Source of the DNA: Vicugna vicugna
Lineage: Eukaryota
Reading direction: 5' to 3'
Assembly: GCA_013265495.1 (NCBI GenBank)
Contig: MU058065.1
Coordinates: 5,952,302-6,016,301 of the forward strand
Length of the DNA stretch: 64,000 nt
How positions within the stretch are numbered: the stretch's first letter is position 1; each line of letters starts with the position of its first letter. Position numbers and translations under genes: made by a program. The notes under the pieces were generated by a model. The model was not told the origin of the DNA. It was given only the letters and a program-made list of their open reading frames with translations, and did not search any database. Below, piece by piece: positions 49,136 through 64,000 of the stretch.

Positions 49136-50851
49136 CCTCACTATTTGCTGCTCATGACCTTCTTCCCTTCCATGGCTGAAGGTGAGACCTGCCAAGGGAC
49201 CCTCGCCACGCCCAGGAAACATGACCCCATGTATGATCCGAGGGGCGACCAGGATAGGGGGGAGATGAGGACTGAATCTTGGACCTGTCCAGCTGTTAAA
49301 GGACATGAGGCTTCACTTCCTTTCCAAGTAGGAGTTTAAGCCCAGCAGTTTCTGTATTTGAGTTAGACTGCTACCCTATTCTTCTTGCTGCTCTGCATTC
49401 ACTGACTCTGGAAGCAATGCTTGGCCCAGGCATCTCTGTGTTATAAGGGCTTGGGAGTAGGGCTGAGCTGGCCCAGAGTTCCTGGGCAAGGAGCCTAGTC
49501 ATATGCTTGGGGGATGGGAGGAAACACGGGTGATCTCCTGGAGTTGTTTGTGTCACTGCACCTCCCAGCAGCTTTGCAAAGCTTACTATCCGTCCCGCTG
49601 CTTTGCTGGGGCCTAGAGCAATGCCATTAAAAGTCAGGTCATCTCCCCTCTGTTTGTGCTTTCTTTCTGGCCTCAGCCTCTGTGCTAGCTGGTGGGAGCC
49701 TCCTACTAGGGCCTTGGGGAAAATTTCATCTTTGCTAATAGGCACCCCAGGACCCACACTGACGTCAGCATGTGGGGGTGGGCACAGTGGGGGGGAGGGG
49801 AAGCTTCAATCTCAGGAGCAGAAGATGCCAACCCTGCCCCTGCCTCCCCTCCCTGGTGATTCACGGACACAGTGCCCTTCCTGGGGGAACAGGTTTCAAG
49901 CTCAGCAAAGGCAGGGCCCCTGTTTACTCAGCAGAGTAGGCAGGAAGTGGCAGCTGGATACTGCCACACCACACTGGCCTCATTAACCATTAACCATTAG
50001 TCGTATGTGAACTACAACCATCTGGGAGAGACTCTGGGCCAAAATGTCTGCCACCTCCACTCCCCTTGCTCCTAGGCTGAGGCTGGAGACCTGTTATGCA
50101 GCTGTCTCAAAGCTTCCTCAGGCGTCTCCACCCAGAAGCCCTTGCCTGGCAAACCGGCTGGGCTGCTTTGACTAAGCCTCCCAGCCCTGGGAATGAGGGA
50201 AGGAAAGTAAGAGTTGAGTGTGCTTTTAGGGGGCCTTGGTCCCAATTCTTGGCATAGAAGCCAGCTCAAGCCAGAGCAGCTTTAAGTCTGTGACTAAGAA
50301 GACAGGAGAAGACTTGCCCACTGCCAACCAGCCAGATCCAAGGTAAGGACATGTGCCTCCATATGTAGGATGATGAAGTCACACTGTTCCTGGCTCTCTG
50401 CCAGTCCCTCTTCAATCTAGGCTCTGCCCTTGGAAATGGAAACCAGACTTCGGGCCCCATGCACCTCTTCTCTCACTCCAGGAACAATGAGATTAAGACC
50501 ACACCAAACTGCTTTCGCTTTATTCTTCTATGAATACATTCTCCTGCTCCCAGATTTGGAGGCAGATCACGATGTAAGCTCAGCAGTCCTGCTCAGAGCC
50601 TTTACCAGATTCTATCAGTTTCCCTCTCCCCATTCACACCCTTTCCCACTCCTACCCAGTCAGGCTGCCTTTCCAGTTGTTGCTCTTGGGGGTAAGAGAA
50701 CAGAAGCAGAGACAGAATACTGAGCTGTCTCTACCCCCAGCTGCCCACAACTACAAGAGAGTTGTCCTGGATAGAATGGATGGGGATTCCACTGAGGGAT
50801 GGGAATCCTTCCCAAGGCAGAGGGGACACCTCTATATGGTCACTGGTTTGT

Positions 50852-53378
50852 TCAGATTTGGGTAGTGTCCTGGCCCTGAGCTGGGGGCTGCAGTGCCTCC
50901 AACTGACTGAGAAGGAAAGGAATGTGAGGACGCTGCTGGGGGTCCACAGTCATCATTAGGGTCAGCAGCTGCCGCAAGGCTGAAGAATGCCTGTAGGAGG
51001 AGGAGGACAGGGTGACGAGAGCAGCTATGGCTCCAACCCTGCTAATGGCAGGGAGAAGCCTGAAGTGCTTGCTGCTCCTTTCCTTGCTCACCTGGGGCTC
51101 TGCGGGATGCTGAGCTGGTTCTGCACAGCAAGGGCCACACTGTCACCCTTCTGGAACACCATGTCGTAAGGGCCTTCCCCAAACATCATGGCATATAGAA
51201 CACAACCTAGGGACTGAGCATAACTTGGTTATTCATTGGAAGGGGACTAATGGAGGTGATAAGCTCTCCTCTTAATTCTGTAGTGAAAGGAGACTACAAT
51301 AGCTAAAAAGAATATGCCAACCCCAGCCACATGACACCACCAGAGCCCGGAGAAAGTTAGCTGGAGGCCTCTGCAGCCCTGACACTTAGCTGTACTCACC
51401 CTGTTCAAAGGGTGGGGATTATACCACTTCCTGAGTAACTGTGTACAGTGTCAGTGACAGTTCCCAGGAAGGAAGTCAAGGGGGGATGGGGACATACATG
51501 GTTCCTGGGGCCCCATGCACTACAAACCAAAGGCCTGCTCCTCAACTCCACAGCAGGTACACAGTGGTATTCCTCCCCACCCAGATTCCCACCTACATGC
51601 TCCTCACCCAGACATCAGTTCGCTCATCGATGACACAGTGACTCTGCACGGAAAAAAGCTCCGGGGCTCGGTAAGAGATGGTGCACCGCTGGGCTGCCCA
51701 GTCCTGGAACAGTGGCCCCAGAGTTCAAAAGTGGGGCACAAATCATGGTCACATGACCAAATTGGGGAATGCACCAAAAGGGGTTGAGGATGGGGAACAG
51801 GTGGGCAAAGGAACCCAGAGACTCTTACCTGTAGGGTCAGAGCTTGGCGGGACCCCTCCACATGGATGTATGCTTGATTCATGGAACCCAAGTCCATTAA
51901 AACTGGCTGCCCCTCATCTCCAAGCAAGATATTGGTGGGCTTCAGGTCCCTGCAGGGAAGGAGAAATGACCCATGAGCATCTTTGAACAAGGAGGCTGGA
52001 ATCCTAGGGGTGCAAAAGAATCAAGGGAGCTGTTCCTTGGGAGGAAAGCAGAGACCTCCCATTTCTCTTGATGATGCTCTTCCTTTCTACCCATCAAGTA
52101 CACAGGAGCCTCCCACTGACCTGTGGGCATAACCCTTGGCATGAATAGCCTCAAGGCCTCTGCAGACACCCAGCAGCAGCCGAAGGATTTGCTCTTCAGT
52201 CAAGAAGTTGCCTTTGTCCTTCAGCTTTTCTATCTCATTCCACAGTGTACCTCTCTGCAAAACAAGTTTCCCCACAGTTGATGATTTTTAAGCCTCTGCT
52301 CCCTAAGCCCGATCCTTTCCCTATGTCAAAGCCTATCAACCCTTTCACTACACATCCCACAGTCCCATCTGGATTCCCTAGACCCCAAATCTGAAGTACT
52401 CAAACCAGGACACAGCCTAAGTTTCCTAACGTGCTTGACTGCTTACACAGCCTTTGGAAGGTGGCTCTGTTGTAACCCCCTCCACAGCCAGGAAACTTTC
52501 TGACCTTAAAGAAGGGTAGCAGCAGCCAGGCCTCATGTTTAGTGCCTCGCTCCCTCAGACAATAAGCCACAAGGCGAAGAATGTTGGGGTGATGGAAGAG
52601 GCGATGCATGTCTGCTTCTCGTTGGGCCTCCTCTCGGTCCTGCTGCTCATGACACAGGATTCGCTTCAGGGCGTAGAACTGTCCATCATGTAACCCCTCC
52701 ACTAGGTCCACATAGCTGAACCCACTGTGGGCCAAAGGGGTCAGTGAAGGACTATGGTCATCTCCCACACTGCTTGGACCCAGGGGAATTCCCTAGGGAG
52801 AAGGGAGGGGGCGTCTTTCCCATTCAGTAGCAACTATCCCACGGTGTGGCTCTAAAAGCCTGTAGATTAAATTTTGAGCTCAAGAGCAGGAACATAGTTA
52901 TCTTTGAGGTCCTATGGTCATAACACAGTGCTATGCATATGACAGATGGTCAAGAAATATTAAACAAGTAATAGTCAACATTTATCAAGTGCTATGAGCC
53001 AGGCAGTAGGTAAGGCATTTAATATGCATCATCTCATTTCATCCTCACAGCCCAGCCAGTGAAGCATAATTAGTTTCAATAAGCAGATGAAGAAACTACG
53101 GTTTATAAAGGTCATACATGGTGTATCTAGGAGGCCTGGCTCCACAATCCACTTTCTTGACCACCACATAGATGGGCTCTGACAGGTGAGTTAAAGGCTA
53201 GGGATAAAACCTTCGTGCCCCTATCATGTGCAAACTGCTGTCCTTCAAAGACCATAACCTGGGGACTAGCTAAGTGATTTCCAAACACTCACCCCTCCCC
53301 CAGTTTCTGGATGAAGAGGTAGCGCTTATTGTCAATGATGACAGTTTCCCGAGAGCAAACACACAGCGCGTGGCCCAT
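50852..53378 (-). CDS. STK16: Serine/threonine kinase 16 (MPSK1), 305 aa
   Basis: Exons 53378-53293 (MGHALCVCS, myristoylation/palmitoylation N-terminus), 52724-52505, 52254-52121, 51949-51829, 51703-51608, 51213-51092, 50990-50852; total 918 nt. Motifs GEGGFS, ALK, HRDLKPTN, DLG, YRAPE, DVWSLG. AATAAA on - at 50524-50519. Confidence 0.97.
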
Positions 53379-53699
53379 TGTGTCTCAGTCATCCTCCTCA
53401 AGGACGGTCGGAGGCTGCCAAAGGGTTCGTCCAGGTTGAGTGGTGTTTTTCAGGCAAGGCGCGGGGGGTCCAGCGGATCATGCTGGAAGGAAAAGAACGG
53501 CAGGGTCGCGGGCCGGGCACAATCCAGAAGCGCCCTGAAGTGCCAACATGCAGCGTTCAGGCGCAGGTCTCGGAATTTAGACAAAAGAGCCCTGGCGACG
53601 CCGGCTCCAAAAAGGCTGGGGTCAGATGCCTCAAAGCCTTAGGCCCCGAGGCGACTCCCAGGCCTGTCCTTCCTTTGGGCGGCCCCCAATCCCACGCCC

Positions 53700-54100
53700 G
53701 TCAGGCCACAAAGGCAGGGCATGGGGTAGTTCCGGGGGCAGGTGCGAGATCCCAGCTCACCCCTTGCAGATCCCACTCCCGGTCACGGTGCGAAGAGACC
53801 CAGGTGGGCCAGCCGGGACTCCTGATTGACCTGCTTAGGCTGGAAGGAAGCGCCAAGGACCGGAAGCCACATACGCGTCATCAGTCCGCGCCGGCGTAAC
53901 GGCCCGCGGTATCCTAGCAACCGCTGAGCATCCGGGCGATGTTGCGGCGCGGAGCTGAGAGGCCAGGCGCGGGCTAGGCCTGGGGGAGGACGGGTCACAG
54001 GACCCGGGTGAGGGTTCCACACCTGGCCTTCGGTGGGGGTCAAGACGCAGGCACTTACGCCAAAGGAGAGCAAAGCCGGGCTCGGCCCGAGACCCCCAGG
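53700..54100. promoter_or_regulatory. Bidirectional CpG-island promoter for STK16 (-) and GLB1L (+)
   Basis: CpG-dense. Divergent donor-like sites at about 53760 (-) and 54007 (+); ETS motif CCGGAAG at 53860; X-box-like GTATCCTAGCAAC at about 53909-53921. Confidence 0.7.
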
Positions 54101-54269
54101 ACCACCATCCCCCAATGCCGGAGGTAGGAGGCTTCATACCTCCGGCGAGCTGGGTGGCCGACTAAGGTCCAGCCTGGAGGGGAATGCTGAGAGCAGCGAG
54201 TGCTGGCGGCCTGGACCCCTAGAACTCTGATCAGTACAACCTTGAAGTCTCTGGCCTGTATCCCATTAC

Positions 54270-54640
54270 TGTAGTCTCAGTAGTTAAGAGCTTAGGCTCT
54301 TGAACCAGACCGGGGTCTGAATCCTATCTTAATAACCTACTAGCTGTGTGACCTGGACAAGTTATTTAATCTCTCGGAGCTTCACTTTCCCTAATTGTAA
54401 AATAGGTATAATAGTACCTAAGGTTAAGTGCATGAATTGTGAGGCCAGACTGCCTTGTTCAAATCCCAGCTCTACTAAACTAGTTATGTGACCTTGGGCA
54501 GGCTACTTAATATTTCTATCTTTCAATCTTCTCATCAGTTAAGTGTGAATGATAGTCATCTACTTCACGGAGTTTTTTGAAGATTAAATGAGATGTAAAG
54601 TGCTTAGCACAGTATTTGACACACAGTCCTCAGTAGTGTC
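54270..54640 (+). mobile_element. Nested or tandem MIR SINE remnants
   Basis: The MIR core TGTGACCTTGGGCA..TACTTAA / TGTGACCTGGACAAGTTATTTAATCTCT and GATTAAATGAGATGTAAAGTGCTTAGCACAG. Confidence 0.65.
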
Positions 54641-55074
54641 AATAAGCAGAAAGAATAATACTTATTATTACCCTGGCCCTCACATCCCAGGCTTGGGACT
54701 GTGAAAGCAGGAGTAATGGAAATTCACAAATTTCCAAGCCTTGGTAACAAGCAGTTGTCCCCGACGTCTCTTGCCCAGGCAGGCAGGCAGGGATAAATTG
54801 GAAAGGGGTGCACATCCAAAGACGATAGAATGGCCTAGATGGTCTCTTTTGTTGAAACAGGCCTCTCCAGGAAAAAGATCCCTCTTGTAACCTTGTCCCC
54901 CAAACCCCTTTCACAAACTGGGAGGTCTTCCTCTGGTTTCCCTTGGTTCTGGACTTGTCTTAGCCCCCTGATTCTGACATTCATCTAGATTTAACCTGCT
55001 ATGCGCCAGGCCCTATGCTAGAAGCGGAGGATTCAGGCTGGACAAGGCCCTCCCAACCTCAGTCTAGTAGAGGA

Positions 55075-55235
55075 CTGCTTCTCAGTCTTGAATGTGCTTA
55101 AGAGCATCTGGAAGTCTTGTTAAAATACAAATTCTGATTCTATAGGTCTGAGGTAGGATCTGAGACGCTGCATTTCTAACAAGCTTCCAGGTGATGCTGA
55201 TGAAGCTGGTTCGTGAACTGCCCTCTGAATAGCAT
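55075..55235. mobile_element. MER5-type hAT DNA transposon remnant
   Basis: CTTGTTAAAATACAAATTCTGATTC...GCATTTCTAACAAGCTTCCAGGTGATGCTGATG, with internal inverted CTTGTTAAAAT/ATTTCTAACAAG. Confidence 0.65.
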
Positions 55236-55415
55236 GATGTAGAGGATTTTACAAACTAGTAGCGGGTGGCTGCAGGCTGGAGACAAAGTTCAGGCTAAAT
55301 GCCTGGCAACTTGGGGTGGTCTCCGCCCACTTGCTCGCTGAGGTTCCCTCCCAGGAATCCACCACGTGACGACGGTCGGACCACCGTCCCTGACTGGAAG
55401 AGCTCTGAAAGCGTC

Positions 55416-61480
<6,065 letters not shown>

Positions 61481-61797
61481 AAGGTAACCCTTGTCCCTGG
61501 GACATGAAGTGGGCAGGATCCCTTGGTGCTAGCCACGGTGACCATAAGGAACCAAAGGCCACAAGCCTGAATGTAAGTACAAGTGCAGTTTCCTTGCCAA
61601 ACTTTATTGTGATTATAAAGTTTCAGAGACAGCACCAGCTCCACATACTTCTGTGACCCTGACTTTGCCCTGGTTCCTAACTGGCCTTCACCCTAATCTT
61701 CTAAATATTCTCTGGTTTCATGGGGAAGAAGAAACCTAGGGCCAGTGTGAATGTGCCCTCTCGGCCTAGAGTTGGCCCCACGTGGAGCTATAAGAGA

Positions 61798-63373
61798 TCA
61801 GGAAGAGGGCTTTCCAGCCTGACAGCGATGATCCCGGAGGCAGCGTGTGGAGCAGAACAAGAAGTCAAGGTAGTGAAAGGGAATGAGGCCTTGGAGGGAT
61901 GTCCCACAACTCCAGCAGCGTCTGAACAAGAGAAAGAAAAATGGCTGGGCAGGTATCCCAGAAACCTTCCAATCTATGCTTTCTCCATCTCTCCTCCTGC
62001 CACTTCTGTTTTTACTTCAAAGGTTCCCAGAACTTCTCAAATCCCCTCAACAGCCTTTCTGAACACTGAGCAGGCACTCATTCTGCTTGTCCAGAATGGT
62101 CCCTGCTACATCATAGTCCACCCATCCCCACCCGCCCTCCTCTACATACTGAACATTGGTGATCGCAGGCTCAGGAATCTGAGGGGTAGGGGCTCCCAAC
62201 TGGGCAGCTAGTCGGCGTTCTGCAGCCAGAGCTCTCTGAGGGGAAGAGAAGCTGTGTTAAGGACAAGGCCCCAGTGCTGGAGAGGGTACCCACGAGGTGA
62301 CAGCTGCACACTGAGGAAGGGATTAGTCTTCCGAGGAAGTCTTGCTGTGGAAGAAAGAACCTCCAGCCTCACCTTCTCGCGGTCGCTGAGGGCAGCAAAC
62401 TGCCGCTGCTCTTCTTGCTCCCGCTTCTCCTGCTCCTGTTGCTTCCGCTGCTGTTCCTCCCGGTGCCGCCGGGCTGCCTTCTGCTCCCTTTTCCGGGCAG
62501 CGTGCCGTGCCTCCATTTCTGCTGTCAGTGGCCCTGGCACCTGGAGGATTTCCAGAAGGTGTAAGGTGAGACCTATACAAATGCTCCTTGGTAGAACTGT
62601 AAGAAAGTAGAAGGGAGCTAGCCAAGGTCTCTGATGCCTTCCCACTCTGCTCCTTCCTCTTCCAGCTGACCTGAGCCTTGCTATAATCATAAGCATCTGG
62701 ATTCTTCTCCATGAACCTCCGGAACTCATTTCGTGTTGATTTGTCAGCTGCAACTGTATATGGAGGCCGGGCCCGGGAGTCCCTAGGTGCGAAAACCCAA
62801 AAAATGGGTTCAGTTTGCCTCCTTCATCTCCCAACATCACCCAGACTGACCGAGGGGAATACTGTCAATGTAACCCATGCCAAAGTTAGCCTCTAGATCG
62901 TCCTCTACATACCCCAGAAGGGATCAGCATGAGGACCCTTACTTACTGCACAGTGGGGTCCGCACCTGCCTCCAGCAGCAGGCGAACCACTGAGCCTCTC
63001 CCAGCTGCGGCTGCTGCGTGCAAGAGGGTAAAGCCACCGGAGCCCAAAGGGGCACTGAGCAGAGACAAAACTCCAGGGTCCACGGGGCTGGCAGCTAGCT
63101 GGAGCTTCAGCATCCCCATATCTCCTGCTCGGCAAGCAACTAGAAGCACATCCCAGATCTCTGGCTGAGCGGGGGACTTGGCCTCATCATCTTGAGGTTG
63201 CTGGGGAAGAGGCATGTGTGCCCCAGCCTCCAGGTCTCGGTTTCTCTCCTTATTCCTTTTTTTCCTCCTCCGCTTGGGCAATATCTCAAACTCACGAAGA
63301 TCCAGGGTCCCCAGTGTCAATTCTACTAGCTCCAGCTCCACCTGGGAGCCATCCTCTCCCTCTGACTCTGAAC
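61798..63373 (-). CDS. ANKZF1: Ankyrin repeat and zinc finger peptidyl-tRNA hydrolase 1 (Vms1 homologue); last five coding exons, 5' part beyond the window
   Basis: Exons 63373-62947 (ankyrin [27 protein letters not shown]), 62782-62671, 62540-62373 (coiled coil), 62235-62150 (VIM-like RALAAERRL), 61921-61798 (CWSC...FCSTRC, TGA). AATAAA on - at 61608-61603. Confidence 0.94.
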
Positions 63374-64000
63374 CTAGGGGAAAATTTGATACGTTAGATG
63401 TATTTAAAGAATAAGGAAGGGGTGGAAGGGTGTAGGCTGCCACAGATGCATAAGAATGTACATGATCCAGATCATCTTGAAATAAAACTGTTTGTATTTT
63501 TTCACCCAAGATAAAGGGACACAGCAAGAACTGGAGCCATTAGTATCATATGCAGAAATGAGGTGCTCAGCCCAGACAAGGACAGGCCCAGAAAAAGCTA
63601 TGAAGGGACAAGAGTCCCTGGACAGTCCCATGACAGCCTTAGGGTGATACACAACAGAGGAAAGCACGGAGCAGTGACAGCCATGCAAGCCAACAGTCTG
63701 CAGCGAGGGAGGCAGCCCTTAGCCCAAAAGCAGAGCATCCAATAAAACAAGTAAATTATATACACAACACATATTCAAGCACTGATTTCATACTAAGATT
63801 CTGTAAATACTGGGGATACATCAGTGAACAAAAGAGTTAACGAGATCTGGAAAAGTCACCAAAGATGCCTCAGTGATTGCTACCACATACCTCATTATAG
63901 ACAGATCTGTGTGTTATGTGTGTGATATGTAAAGGCACATCTATAAATAGGGAGGTGGGTAAGTGATGACAGTAGGTAGGGGATTTGCCACTGCATTTCT

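Overview
Eukaryotic (mammalian) genomic DNA, probably from a camelid judging by its tRNA-derived SINEs (recall, not a database result). It is syntenic with the human 2q35 block. Gene order: PTPRN/IA-2 (+, 5'-partial, with intronic mir-153) -> <- DNAJB2 <- alpha-tubulin TUBA1D-like (TUBA4B position) / TUBA4A -> <- STK16 / GLB1L -> <- ANKZF1 (3' part). All exons were traced by hand with GT-AG boundaries and consistent reading frames. The most notable structure is the alpha-tubulin pair. The two genes are inverted and appear to interlock at their 5' ends, each ATG-only first exon lying in the other's intron 1. TUBA4A's start codon and donor sit in a perfect 16-bp palindrome. Their last exons share 554-bp and 278-bp tracts of 100% identity that spare the isotype-specific residues and the Tyr/non-Tyr C-terminal tails, which suggests gene conversion. 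Also seen: a 1.5-kb tandem duplication of a PTPRN exon whose junction cuts through mir-153 (possibly an assembly artefact), a decayed copy of DNAJB2 exon 7, an N-gap with overlapping ends, nested transposons, and back-to-back polyA signals of GLB1L and ANKZF1.
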